NCBI GenBank assembly: GCA_965205215.1
Contig: OZ242041.1
Location: 768,001 to 832,000, forward strand
DNA length: 64,000 bases
Source of the DNA: Nitrosopumilus sp.
Lineage (GTDB): Archaea > Thermoproteota > Nitrososphaeria > Nitrososphaerales > Nitrosopumilaceae
Direction: 5' to 3'
Made by a program: the position numbers and the translations under genes. Each line of letters starts with the position of its first letter. Position 1 is the first letter of the stretch. The notes below the pieces were generated by a model. The model was not told the DNA's origin, searched no databases, and saw only the letters and a program-made list of their open reading frames with translations. Shown piece by piece: positions 10,595-20,876 of the stretch.

Positions 10595-10646
10595 GGCGTG
10601 ACGGCGCGCTGACAATAGATAAATTTGTGTCCGGGGTAGCGGGCGT

Positions 10647-10734
10647 GCGGGAGTTGCCAAGCCTGGTCAAAGGCGTAGGGCTTAGGACCCTATCTTTTAG
10701 GAGTTCGTGGGTTCAAATCCCATCTTCCGCACCA
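10647..10734 (+). tRNA. tRNA-Leu(TAG)
   Basis: GCGGGAG...TAGGG CTTAGGA CCCTA, long variable arm, GGTTCAAATCC, CCA end. Confidence 0.95.
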
Positions 10735-10946
10735 CATTCACGCGGGTTGCGGACGATCCGCCTCCTCCTCTGCCGCATGTCCGGCGGGCCCGGCCGTACC
10801 CCAATGTCGGACTGCCGCAGGCAGCCTCCGCGGTGCCGACCCCGCATCACGGCTTGCCGGCATCATACGCAGGCGTAATTATATGATCTAATAGAATCCA
10901 ACATCGACGTATAAATCTTTATAAACACAAGATTGACAGGAGTGAC

Positions 10947-13900
10947 GTGAATACCGGAGCCAAATATGGCATTATCGGAGCTGCAATAGCGATTGCAATA
11001 GGCATAGCCGTTGCGGCATCGATGGGCGGAGACGGCGACGTGCCCGTTGAACCCCCCGTGGAGCCTGTGGTACCGGTGGAGCCCGAGGTGCCAGTTGAGC
11101 CCGTAGAACCCGAGGTACCCGTTGAAGAACCAGACGTGACAGAGGAAGAGCCCGGCGAGATCATGACCGTGGACGTGGGAGTACTTCTGCCCGCCACCGG
11201 CGACTTGGCAAGCCACGGCAACGAGAACAAGATTGCGCTGGAGTTTGCCGTGGAAGACTTTAACGAGTACCTAGAGGAGAAGGGCGCCGACTGGCGCATG
11301 AACCTGGTAGCCGAGGACACGCAGTCCAACCCGGTAGTCGCGCTTGAAAAGGTACAGTCCCTGAACTCAAAGGGGATAAAGTACGCGCTGGGCCCAGAGT
11401 CCAGTGCGGAGACCCGCAACATCATGTCGTATGCGGACTCCAATGATATGATTATACTCTCACCGTCATCCACGTCGCCAAAACTGGCCGTGGCCGACAA
11501 CATATTCAGGTTCGTCCCCGACGACACAAAGCAGGGCAAGGTGGTCGCCACGCTGCTTGCAGACAGCGGCATAAAGGTGGTGGTCCCGATATACCGCGGC
11601 GACGTGTGGGGCGACGGACTGTTCGAGTCAACCCAGGAGTCGTTCACGGAGATTGGCGGTGTAGTCGCAGAGGGAATACGCTACAACCCGGAGATAACGA
11701 CATTCTCCACCGAGGCCGAGGTGCTCTCAAACGCGGTGGAGGCGCAGCTTGCCAATTATGAGGCCGGCGAGGTCGGCGTATTCGTGATAGGCTTCGACGA
11801 GGTGGTCCACCTGTTCAACTCCGCCATAGAGTATGACACGCTCAACTCCGTGCCGTGGTTCGGCTCCGACGGCAACGCCGGCGCCGCCCCGCTCGTAGAG
11901 GACGCGCGCTCCGCCGAGTTTGCCACCAACACGGGATTCGTGGCGACGCAGTTTGCCGCATCCGACAACGAGGTCTCCGAGATGCTCAGGGCGGACTTTG
12001 TCGAACTGACCGGCTCGACGCCCAGCAACAACTACGTCTTCTCATCGTACGACAGCGTGTGGGTGCTGGGACTCTCCATGGAGGAGGTCGGCTTTGACTC
12101 ACTGGACATAAAGGAGCAGCTTCCGGCCACCGGCATGTCGTACACGGGCGCACTCGGGACGGTCCAGCTCAACGAGGCAGGCGACCTGGCCATATCAGAC
12201 TATGAGCTCTGGTCCGTCATTGAGGGCGAGTGGTTTGCCACTGCCAGGTACAATGCGGCCACCGGCGAGATCATGCAGAAGATGGACACCGGCGATGCGA
12301 TGATGGAGGACACAGAGGTCATGACCGTGGACGTGGGAGTACTTCTGCCCGCCACCGGCGACTTGGCAAGCCACGGCAACGAGAACAAGATTGCGCTGGA
12401 GTTTGCCGTGGAAGACTTTAACGAGTACCTAGAGGAGAAGGGCGCCGACTGGCGCATGAACCTGGTAGCCGAGGACACGCAGTCCAACCCGGTAGTCGCG
12501 CTTGAAAAGGTACAGTCCCTGAACTCAAAGGGGATAAAGTACGCGCTGGGCCCAGAGTCCAGTGCGGAGACCCGCAACATCATGTCGTATGCGGACTCCA
12601 ATGATATGATTATACTCTCACCGTCATCCACGTCGCCAAAACTGGCCGTGGCCGACAACATATTCAGGTTCGTCCCCGACGACACAAAGCAGGGCAAGGT
12701 GGTCGCCACGCTGCTTGCAGACAGCGGCATAAAGGTGGTGGTCCCGATATACCGCGGCGACGTGTGGGGCGACGGACTGTTCGAGTCAACCCAGGAGTCG
12801 TTCACGGAGATTGGCGGTGTAGTCGCAGAGGGAATACGCTACAACCCGGAGATAACGACATTCTCCACCGAGGCCGAGGTGCTCTCCAAGGCCGTCGACG
12901 CGCAGCTTGCCAATTATGAGGCCGGCGAGGTCGGCGTATTCGTGATAGGCTTCGACGAGGTGGTCCACCTGTTCAACTCCGCCATAGAGTATGACACGCT
13001 CAACTCCGTGCCGTGGTTCGGCTCCGACGGCAACGCCGGCGCCGCCCCGCTCGTAGAGGACGCGCGCTCCGCCGAGTTTGCCACCAACACGGGATTCGTG
13101 GCGACGCAGTTTGCCGCATCCGACAACGAGGTCTCCGAGATGCTCAGGGCGGACTTTGTCGAACTGACCGGCTCGACGCCCAGCAACAACTACGTCTTCT
13201 CATCGTACGACAGCGTGTGGGTGCTGGGACTCTCCATGGAGGAGGTCGGCTTTGACTCACTGGACATAAAGGAGCAGCTTCCGGCCACCGGCATGTCGTA
13301 CACGGGCGCACTCGGGACGGTCCAGCTCAACGAGGCAGGCGACCTGGCCATATCAGACTATGAGCTCTGGTCCGTCATTGAGGGCGAGTGGTTTGCCACT
13401 GCCAGGTACAATGCGGCCACCGGCGAGATCATGCAGAAGATGGACACCGGCGATGCGATGATGGAGGACACAGAGGTCATGACCGTGGACGTGGGAGTAC
13501 TTCTGCCCGCCACCGGCGACTTGGCAAGCCACGGCAACGAGAACAAGATTGCGCTGGAGTTTGCCGTGGAAGACTTTAACGAGTACCTAGAGGAGAAGGG
13601 CGCCGACTGGCGCATGAACCTGGTAGCCGAGGACACGCAGTCCAACCCGGTAGTCGCGCTTGAAAAGGTACAGTCCCTGAACTCAAAGGGGATAAAGTAC
13701 GCGCTGGGCCCAGAGTCCAGTGCGGAGACCCGCAACATCATGTCGTATGCGGACTCCAATGATATGATTATACTCTCACCGTCATCCACGTCGCCAAAAC
13801 TGGCCGTGGCCGACAACATATTCAGGTTCGTCCCCGACGACACAAAGCAGGGCAAGGTGGTCGCCACGCTGCTTGCAGACAGCGGCATAAAGGTGGTGGT

Positions 13901-15758
13901 CCCGATATACCGCGGCGACGTGTGGGGCGACGGACTGTTCGAGTCAACCCAGGAGTCGTTCACGGAGATTGGCGGTGTAGTCGCAGAGGGAATACGCTAC
14001 AACCCGGAGATAACGACATTCTCCACCGAGGCCGAGGTGCTCTCCAAGGCCGTCGACGCGCAGCTTGCCAATTATGAGGCCGGCGAGGTCGGCGTATTCG
14101 TGATAGGCTTCGACGAGGTGGTCCACCTGTTCAACTCCGCCATAGAGTATGACACGCTCAACTCCGTGCCGTGGTTCGGCTCCGACGGCAACGCCGGCGC
14201 CGCCCCGCTCGTAGAGGACGCGCGCTCCGCCGAGTTTGCCACCAACACGGGATTCGTGGCGACGCAGTTTGCCGCATCCGACAACGAGGTCTCCGAGATG
14301 CTCAGGGCGGACTTTGTCGAACTGACCGGCTCGACGCCCAGCAACAACTACGTCTTCTCATCGTACGACAGCGTGTGGGTGCTGGGACTCTCCATGGAGG
14401 AGGTCGGCTTTGACTCACTGGACATAAAGGAGCAGCTTCCGGCCACCGGCATGTCGTACACGGGCGCACTCGGGACGGTCCAGCTCAACGAGGCAGGCGA
14501 CCTGGCCATATCAGACTATGAGCTCTGGTCCGTCATTGAGGGCGAGTGGTTTGCCACTGCCAGGTACAATGCGGCCACCGGCGAGATCATGCAGAAGATG
14601 GACACCGGCGATGCGATGATGGAGGACACAGAGGTCATGACCGTGGACGTGGGAGTACTTCTGCCCGCCACCGGCGACTTGGCAAGCCACGGCAACGAGA
14701 ACAAGATTGCGCTGGAGTTTGCCGTGGAAGACTTTAACGAGTACCTAGAGGAGAAGGGCGCCGACTGGCGCATGAACCTGGTAGCCGAGGACACGCAGTC
14801 CAACCCGGTAGTCGCGCTTGAAAAGGTACAGTCCCTGAACTCAAAGGGGATAAAGTACGCGCTGGGCCCAGAGTCCAGTGCGGAGACCCGCAACATCATG
14901 TCGTATGCGGACTCCAATGATATGATTATACTCTCACCGTCATCCACGTCGCCAAAACTGGCCGTGGCCGACAACATATTCAGGTTCGTCCCCGACGACA
15001 CAAAGCAGGGCAAGGTGGTCGCCACGCTGCTTGCAGACAGCGGCATAAAGGTGGTGGTCCCGATATACCGCGGCGACGTGTGGGGCGACGGACTGTTCGA
15101 GTCAACCCAGGAGTCGTTCACGGAGATTGGCGGTGTAGTCGCAGAGGGAATACGCTACAACCCGGAGATAACGACATTCTCCACCGAGGCCGAGGTGCTC
15201 TCCAAGGCCGTCGACGCGCAGCTTGCCAATTATGAGGCCGGCGAGGTCGGCGTATTCGTGATAGGCTTCGACGAGGTGGTCCACCTGTTCAACTCCGCCA
15301 TAGAGTATGACACGCTCAACTCCGTGCCGTGGTTCGGCTCCGACGGCAACGCCGGCGCCGCCCCGCTCGTAGAGGACGCGCGCTCCGCCGAGTTTGCCAC
15401 CAACACGGGATTCGTGGCGACGCAGTTTGCCGCATCCGACAACGAGGTCTCCGAGATGCTCAGGGCGGACTTTGTCGAACTGACCGGCTCGACGCCCAGC
15501 AACAACTACGTCTTCTCATCGTACGACAGCGTGTGGGTGCTGGGACTCTCCATGGAGGAGGTCGGCTTTGACTCACTGGACATAAAGGAGCAGCTTCCGG
15601 CCACCGGCATGTCGTACACGGGCGCACTCGGGACGGTCCAGCTCAACGAGGCAGGCGACCTGGCCATATCAGACTATGAGCTCTGGTCCGTCATTGAGGG
15701 CGAGTGGTTTGCCACTGCCAGGTACAATGCGGCCACCGGCGAGATTATGAGTAAATGA
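10947..15758 (+). CDS. Liv-type ABC transporter substrate-binding protein with four tandem binding domains
   Basis: N-terminal TM anchor, PVE-rich stalk, 4x periplasmic-binding-protein type I domain (VGVLLPATGDLA...SPSSTSPKL...FRFVPDD...SYDSVW); first gene of the livGFHM operon. Confidence 0.9.
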   Translation: MNTGAKYGIIGAAIAIAIGIAVAASMGGDGDVPVEPPVEPVVPVEPEVPVEPVEPEVPVEEPDVTEEEPGEIMTVDVGVLLPATGDLASHGNENKIALEFAVEDFNEYLEEKGADWRMNLVAEDTQSNPVVALEKVQSLNSKGIKYALGPESSAETRNIMSYADSNDMIILSPSSTSPKLAVADNIFRFVPDDTKQGKVVATLLADSGIKVVVPIYRGDVWGDGLFESTQESFTEIGGVVAEGIRYNPEITTFSTEAEVLSNAVEAQLANYEAGEVGVFVIGFDEVVHLFNSAIEYDTLNSVPWFGSDGNAGAAPLVEDARSAEFATNTGFVATQFAASDNEVSEMLRADFVELTGSTPSNNYVFSSYDSVWVLGLSMEEVGFDSLDIKEQLPATGMSYTGALGTVQLNEAGDLAISDYELWSVIEGEWFATARYNAATGEIMQKMDTGDAMMEDTEVMTVDVGVLLPATGDLASHGNENKIALEFAVEDFNEYLEEKGADWRMNLVAEDTQSNPVVALEKVQSLNSKGIKYALGPESSAETRNIMSYADSNDMIILSPSSTSPKLAVADNIFRFVPDDTKQGKVVATLLADSGIKVVVPIYRGDVWGDGLFESTQESFTEIGGVVAEGIRYNPEITTFSTEAEVLSKAVDAQLANYEAGEVGVFVIGFDEVVHLFNSAIEYDTLNSVPWFGSDGNAGAAPLVEDARSAEFATNTGFVATQFAASDNEVSEMLRADFVELTGSTPSNNYVFSSYDSVWVLGLSMEEVGFDSLDIKEQLPATGMSYTGALGTVQLNEAGDLAISDYELWSVIEGEWFATARYNAATGEIMQKMDTGDAMMEDTEVMTVDVGVLLPATGDLASHGNENKIALEFAVEDFNEYLEEKGADWRMNLVAEDTQSNPVVALEKVQSLNSKGIKYALGPESSAETRNIMSYADSNDMIILSPSSTSPKLAVADNIFRFVPDDTKQGKVVATLLADSGIKVVVPIYRGDVWGDGLFESTQESFTEIGGVVAEGIRYNPEITTFSTEAEVLSKAVDAQLANYEAGEVGVFVIGFDEVVHLFNSAIEYDTLNSVPWFGSDGNAGAAPLVEDARSAEFATNTGFVATQFAASDNEVSEMLRADFVELTGSTPSNNYVFSSYDSVWVLGLSMEEVGFDSLDIKEQLPATGMSYTGALGTVQLNEAGDLAISDYELWSVIEGEWFATARYNAATGEIMQKMDTGDAMMEDTEVMTVDVGVLLPATGDLASHGNENKIALEFAVEDFNEYLEEKGADWRMNLVAEDTQSNPVVALEKVQSLNSKGIKYALGPESSAETRNIMSYADSNDMIILSPSSTSPKLAVADNIFRFVPDDTKQGKVVATLLADSGIKVVVPIYRGDVWGDGLFESTQESFTEIGGVVAEGIRYNPEITTFSTEAEVLSKAVDAQLANYEAGEVGVFVIGFDEVVHLFNSAIEYDTLNSVPWFGSDGNAGAAPLVEDARSAEFATNTGFVATQFAASDNEVSEMLRADFVELTGSTPSNNYVFSSYDSVWVLGLSMEEVGFDSLDIKEQLPATGMSYTGALGTVQLNEAGDLAISDYELWSVIEGEWFATARYNAATGEIMSK
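11163..15745 (+). repeat. four near-identical 1158-bp intragenic tandem repeats
   Basis: units start at about 11163, 12321, 13479 and 14637; shadow ORFs recur at exact 1158 offsets; the only internal difference I noticed is SNAVEA (copy 1) vs SKAVDA (copies 2-4). Confidence 0.95.
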
Positions 15759-16504
15759 GTCTCTTAACAATCAGCGACCTTCGAAAGTCCTTTGGGGGGC
15801 TGCACGCCTTGGATGGCGCCACCCTCGATCTCCACCCAAACAAGATCAACCTTCTGATCGGGGCCAACGGCTCGGGCAAGTCCACCCTGATCAACACCAT
15901 ATCGGGGCTCTGGAAACCCAACGGGGGGCGCGTCACGCTGCGCGGCAAGGACATCACCGGCTTCCCGCCTCACCGGATATTCGAGCACGGCATCATGAGG
16001 ACGTTTCAGATACCAAAGCACTTTGCGGGACTCTCGTTGATGGAGAACATGCTGATGGCACACCCCGAGCCCGGGGAGAGCTTCCGCAAGGCCCTCGTGC
16101 CGTTACAGTGGAAGTCGTACGAGGCGAGCCAGACAAAGAAGGCCCTCGGCATCCTCGAGTCGCTGGAGCTGCTGCATCTCAAGGACAAGCTGTCCTACGA
16201 GATATCCGGGGGGCAGATAAAGCTGCTCGAGCTGGGAAAGACGCTGATGGCCGATATGGAGATAATCATGCTCGACGAGCCGATAGCGGGCGTAAACCCC
16301 ACGCTGGCGCACAAGATCTTTAAGAAGATAAAGGAGATACTGAAGGGCGGCGTCACGTTCCTGATCATAGAGCATCGGCTTGACATCGCGCTGCACTACT
16401 CCGACTATGTCTTCGTGATGGGCGACGGCAGGGTGGTGGCGCACGACCTGCCCGACCGCATACTGGACAACAAGGCGGTACAGGAGTCGTACCTTGGCAA
16501 GTAG
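15755..16504 (+). CDS. livG: branched-chain amino acid ABC transporter ATPase
   Basis: GANGSGKST, RTFQ, ISGGQ, LDEP, EH motifs. Confidence 0.92.
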   Translation: MSLLTISDLRKSFGGLHALDGATLDLHPNKINLLIGANGSGKSTLINTISGLWKPNGGRVTLRGKDITGFPPHRIFEHGIMRTFQIPKHFAGLSLMENMLMAHPEPGESFRKALVPLQWKSYEASQTKKALGILESLELLHLKDKLSYEISGGQIKLLELGKTLMADMEIIMLDEPIAGVNPTLAHKIFKKIKEILKGGVTFLIIEHRLDIALHYSDYVFVMGDGRVVAHDLPDRILDNKAVQESYLGK

Positions 16505-17300
16505 CGGCGACGGCGCGCCGGGCGGCGGAGACCACCGGGGGGCGCCTCTCACACGAAACACGGGGGGCACCGCAGGCAGCGGCGACGGCGCGCCGGACGT
16601 CGACGGCGGCCACCCTGCCATAGAGATCAAGGAGCTGGCCTGCGGATACGGGAAGAACCAGGTGCTGCACGGGGTGGACTTTAGCGCCGACCTCTCAAAG
16701 ATAACCGCGATAGTGGGCTCCAACGGGTCTGGAAAGAGCACGCTGCTAAAGGCGCTCTTCGGGCTGTGCGACGTAAAGTCCGGCTCCATACGGGCACTGG
16801 GGCGCGACATCACGCACATTCCGACCCATGCCATACTGAACTACGGGATATCGTACATGGCGCAGAGGAAGAATGTCTTCCAGGACCTCACGCTGCGCGA
16901 GAACCTCGCGGTGGTGGCGGGCCGCCACAAGGCCGACAGGGCCATGGACCACTTCCCGGAGCTCCTGCCGTTCTTGGACAGGCCCGCCGTAACGCTCAGC
17001 GGCGGGCAGCGGCAGCTCCTCGCCATGGCCATGATCCTCGTGCACAACCCCAAGATAATGCTCTTCGACGAGCCCACCGCCGCGCTCTCGCCCAAGAACG
17101 CGGACATCATAATAGAGAAGATCAAGGACCTGAACGCGGAGCACGACAACTGCATAGTGCTGGTCGAGCAGAACGTAAAGCACGCGCTCAGGAACTGCGA
17201 CAAGGTGTACCTGCTGGCAAGCGGGAACGTCGTGTACGGCGGCGATCCGGAGACCCTGCTCAACGACAAGGACCTGGCGTCCAAATACCTGGGGATGTGA
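16494..17300 (+). CDS. livF: branched-chain amino acid ABC transporter ATPase
   Basis: GSNGSGKST, LSGGQRQ, DEPT, VEQN; Gly-rich N-terminal extension. Confidence 0.92.
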   Translation: MASSGDGAPGGGDHRGAPLTRNTGGTAGSGDGAPDVDGGHPAIEIKELACGYGKNQVLHGVDFSADLSKITAIVGSNGSGKSTLLKALFGLCDVKSGSIRALGRDITHIPTHAILNYGISYMAQRKNVFQDLTLRENLAVVAGRHKADRAMDHFPELLPFLDRPAVTLSGGQRQLLAMAMILVHNPKIMLFDEPTAALSPKNADIIIEKIKDLNAEHDNCIVLVEQNVKHALRNCDKVYLLASGNVVYGGDPETLLNDKDLASKYLGM

Positions 17301-17307
17301 TGAGCCG

Positions 17308-18300
17308 ATGACGATCATACTGTTCGACGGACTGATATACGCCTCGGTGCTCGCCGTGCTGTGCGTGGGGCTCTCGCTCACGTACAAGATCACGAGCGTC
17401 CCGAACTTTGCGCACACCTCGTTTGCGATCCTCGGCATGTACATGGCGCTGATAATGGCAAAGGTGCTCGACGTGTCCGTGTACCTGGCTCTCCCGGTGG
17501 CGTTCGCGGCCTCCGGGGCGCTGGCGCTGTTCATGTACTACGGGATAATCCGCATACTGCAGAAGAAAAAGTCCTCCCTCATCTCGCTGATCATCGCGAC
17601 GCTGGCCTTTGACATGTTCATGATCGGCGTGCTGAACATAATAGCGGACGGGATCCGCAACACGTACCAGGTCAACTCGCGCGACTTTACGCTGCGGAGC
17701 CTGGACATCGTGATCGGCGGCGACGGGGGGCTGCCGCTCGTGTTCATAGTGACGCTAGTCCTGCTGGCGGGACTGGCGCTCGGGCTGTACTGCCTGCTGT
17801 ACCGGACGAGCTTTGGCATGAGCCTGAGGGGGGCCATAGAGAACGAGTCGCTGGCCCAGACGCTGGGCATCAACACGCGGACGATATTCTGCTTTGCGTG
17901 GTTTTTGAGCGGCGGCCTCGCGGGCATGGCCGGCGTGCTGATGTCCATGTGGTTCCAGGGGGACCCGAGCCTGGCGGCCATAATGCTGCCGAGCATATTC
18001 GCGGGGAGCATAGTCGGCGGCTTTTCGAGCGTGTACGGGGCCATACTGGGCGGGGTCCTCGTGGGGCTGTCGGAGGTGGTGGGGACCAGCATCCTGATCG
18101 ACCTTCTGGGGTACTGGGTTATCCCGTACAGGCCCGTCATACCGTTCATCGCCATGATCGCGACCCTGCTCGTGCTGCCGGGAGGGCTCATACAGCTGAT
18201 CACCAAGTACCAGAAGCGCAAGAACATGACCATGAAGAAGGCAGAAGAGGAGAAGGAAGGAAGCAAAGAGAAGGAGGAGGAGGACGGCGTTGGCGCTTGA
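17308..18300 (+). CDS. livH: branched-chain amino acid ABC transporter permease
   Basis: GLSLTY...NFAH, multiple TMs, GGFSSVYGAILGG. Confidence 0.9.
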   Translation: MTIILFDGLIYASVLAVLCVGLSLTYKITSVPNFAHTSFAILGMYMALIMAKVLDVSVYLALPVAFAASGALALFMYYGIIRILQKKKSSLISLIIATLAFDMFMIGVLNIIADGIRNTYQVNSRDFTLRSLDIVIGGDGGLPLVFIVTLVLLAGLALGLYCLLYRTSFGMSLRGAIENESLAQTLGINTRTIFCFAWFLSGGLAGMAGVLMSMWFQGDPSLAAIMLPSIFAGSIVGGFSSVYGAILGGVLVGLSEVVGTSILIDLLGYWVIPYRPVIPFIAMIATLLVLPGGLIQLITKYQKRKNMTMKKAEEEKEGSKEKEEEDGVGA

Positions 18301-19315
18301 CCCCGGGATAATATTCATAGGCGACCTGGTTGCCATATTCTCGGTATACCTGATAATCAACCTCAGCCTCAACCTGGAGTTCGGGTTCGGGGGGGTGCCG
18401 AACTTTGGAAAGGTGCTTGCGGTGGCGGGGGGCGCGTTCGTCATGGGGACCATCCCGTTCATGGTGTTCGGGATGCTCGTCGACTACGGGGGGCTCGAGC
18501 CCGTGGACGACAACATAATGCTCGTGCACCAGATAAACGCGTACATCGAGGTGCATCCGGAGAGCGTGCTGGGCGTCTTTGCCATTACGCTGATCGTGGC
18601 GGTGGCCGTGGGCGGGCTGCTGGGCCTGGCGTCCGCGTACCCGGCAATCCGGCTGCGCGGCGACTACCTGGCCATCACGCTGCTGGGGTTCGGCGAGATA
18701 ATCAGGATCGTCGGGATCAACCACACGTCGCTGGTAGGCGGGACGCTGGGCATCTCGCTGCCGGACATGCTGGCGTTCGTGCCAAACGAGTACAGGTTCC
18801 TGACGGCCAGCTTCGTGCTGCTGGCGTTCGCGGGTGTAATCTACCTGCTCGTGGCGCGCTTTACAAAGTCGCCGGTGGGCCGGCTGCTGAGGGCGACGCG
18901 CGACGACGACCTCGCGCTGCAGACCCTCGGGCGCGATCCCGTCAAGATAAAGTTCAAGGTCATGATGCTTGCTGGGATGCTCGGCGCGGTGGGCGGCGTG
19001 ATGTATGCCTCGTACGTGGAGGGCGTGGTCGCGTTCGGCTACGACAGGCTGAACTGGACGTTCCTCCCGTTCGTCATGATTATAGTCGGCGGCATGGCCA
19101 ACAACAAGGGCGTCCTTGTCGGGACGTTCCTGTTCGTGGCGATCAGGAAGCTGGTCATATATTACAACGACTCGCTTGACGGACTGCTGCCGTTTGACAT
19201 CATATGGCTGGACTATCTGGCGCTCGGAGGGCTCATGATACTGGTGCTGATATTCCGCCCCCACGGGATCATACCGGAGCGGCCGCAAAAGACCGAGAGC
19301 CTGGAGAAGGGCTGA
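18290..19315 (+). CDS. livM: branched-chain amino acid ABC transporter permease
   Basis: RLRGDYLAITLLGFGEI, RATRDD, RPHGI motifs. Confidence 0.9.
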   Translation: MALDPGIIFIGDLVAIFSVYLIINLSLNLEFGFGGVPNFGKVLAVAGGAFVMGTIPFMVFGMLVDYGGLEPVDDNIMLVHQINAYIEVHPESVLGVFAITLIVAVAVGGLLGLASAYPAIRLRGDYLAITLLGFGEIIRIVGINHTSLVGGTLGISLPDMLAFVPNEYRFLTASFVLLAFAGVIYLLVARFTKSPVGRLLRATRDDDLALQTLGRDPVKIKFKVMMLAGMLGAVGGVMYASYVEGVVAFGYDRLNWTFLPFVMIIVGGMANNKGVLVGTFLFVAIRKLVIYYNDSLDGLLPFDIIWLDYLALGGLMILVLIFRPHGIIPERPQKTESLEKG

Positions 19316-19506
19316 CCCGGGGCCGCGCGGACGGCGCGGCGGCAGCAGCAGTAAGGAGGCAACGGCATGCGTGCCGGGTGCGCATTCCGCTGCTGCGGTG
19401 CCGGGCGGCCTCCCTCCCTCCACCTGCACCCCTCCGCACGCACCGCGCCGCATGGGCGGGGGCAGCCATCTCAAAGTACATATTTCACAGGTTGCGCCGT
19501 CCCTAT

Positions 19507-19594
19507 GCGGGAGTCGCCCAGCCTGGTCAACGGCGTAAGGTTCAGGTCCTTATCTCTCAGGAGTTCGTGGGTTCGAATCCCATCTCCCGCACCA
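19507..19594 (+). tRNA. tRNA-Leu(CAG)
   Basis: GCGGGAG...TAAGG TTCAGGT CCTTA, variable arm, GGTTCGAATCC, CCA end. Confidence 0.95.
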
Positions 19595-19798
19595 TTACTG
19601 CCTTGCAGCGTCTCTTGCCTCTGTGCCTGTGAGGCGCGCAAGGCCCCGCTCTCTGCCAAGGCCAGCGCTTTCTGGTCGGGGATCCATCCGCCTCCTCCAC
19701 TCTACATCCTCGCCCCTCTCACAATGCGGTCCGATGCGCCCCCTCGGTGATCCGCTACTTTAGGTCCGGGCGCCGCCTGCCGTATTCCGGTCCCGCAG

Positions 19799-20785
19799 TC
19801 ACACGTTGCAGGAGATCAGCCCCCTCGCGGTCGCATAATCCAGCCGCCGCCGGTAGTGCCCGTCCTCCCTCAGCCCCTTGAACGGGGCCAAAAACACGTC
19901 GTGTATGTCCCGGCGGAATCTGTACAGGAACTCGTTCAGCTCCTCTATGGTCCTTGATGTCACCCTGACCCCCGGATCAATCCTGGTTATGCTCCGGTCG
20001 CTGTGCTTGACCGTGCGGTGCGCCAGCTCGGAGCCCCGGCAAAACCTTATGGACGGCTCCTTGGTATTGTCCACCCCCCTCAGGCCCAGCGCGCCCCCGG
20101 GGGCGTTGAAGCGCACGCGCCTGCCTGCCGCGGTCCGGACGTTGAGGTTGTACCTCTCCTCTAGCTCGTCAAGGTACCCGAGGCGCTCGTTGTCGGCCCA
20201 TACCTCCGTCCGCCGCGGGCGCGGCGTAAACAGCGCAAGGCACACGGGATTGTCGGTGTCGGTGAAGAGGCGCCGCTCCAGTAGCACGAATGCCCTGAGC
20301 CTGTGACGGAACAGGCGGCTCCGGAGGAACGTGGCAGGTATTATGAAGGCGACATAGCTGCAGCTTGCAAGCGCCAGTTCCAGCGCATACTTGTAAACGT
20401 CGTCGTACCTGCAGGGCGCCCTGAACTCGAGGCCCCTGCGGCGGGCGGAGTTCCGGGCAAGCCAGGGCGGGTTCGTTACGCACGCGCGGTATCCTGTTGG
20501 AAACGACTCGAGCGTGTCCTGGCGCCTTACCCGGACGCCACCGTCTGCAGGCCGCCCGGCCCCGCCTGCAACGTCGTAGCATGCGAACCTAGAGCACGCG
20601 CTGGAGTCCTGCAGCATGCGCACTATGTCCTTGGCCCCTGCAAAGGGCTCCAGAACCGTGCAGTCGTCAAGGCCCGCGCCCCGCGCCCAGTCCTTGAACG
20701 GCCTGAGCTCAAACGGGCTCTGCTTTGTATAATACGCGCCGTACTGCCGTTTTCTTGCAGCATGGGGCATGCGGTTGTACCGCAC
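19799..20785 (-). CDS. putative amino (N6A/N4C) DNA methyltransferase, orphan
   Basis: GAYYT (motif X), LEPFAG (motif I), TNPPW (motif IV). Confidence 0.7.
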   Translation of the reverse strand: MRYNRMPHAARKRQYGAYYTKQSPFELRPFKDWARGAGLDDCTVLEPFAGAKDIVRMLQDSSACSRFACYDVAGGAGRPADGGVRVRRQDTLESFPTGYRACVTNPPWLARNSARRRGLEFRAPCRYDDVYKYALELALASCSYVAFIIPATFLRSRLFRHRLRAFVLLERRLFTDTDNPVCLALFTPRPRRTEVWADNERLGYLDELEERYNLNVRTAAGRRVRFNAPGGALGLRGVDNTKEPSIRFCRGSELAHRTVKHSDRSITRIDPGVRVTSRTIEELNEFLYRFRRDIHDVFLAPFKGLREDGHYRRRLDYATARGLISCNV

Positions 20786-20876
20786 CGCTGCCTTATATCT
20801 CGTAATAACCGCACCGCCGCCGCCCTCCCGCTTTTAAGAATTAATATGCCCGACCCCGTCCCCGTAACCGTCCATA

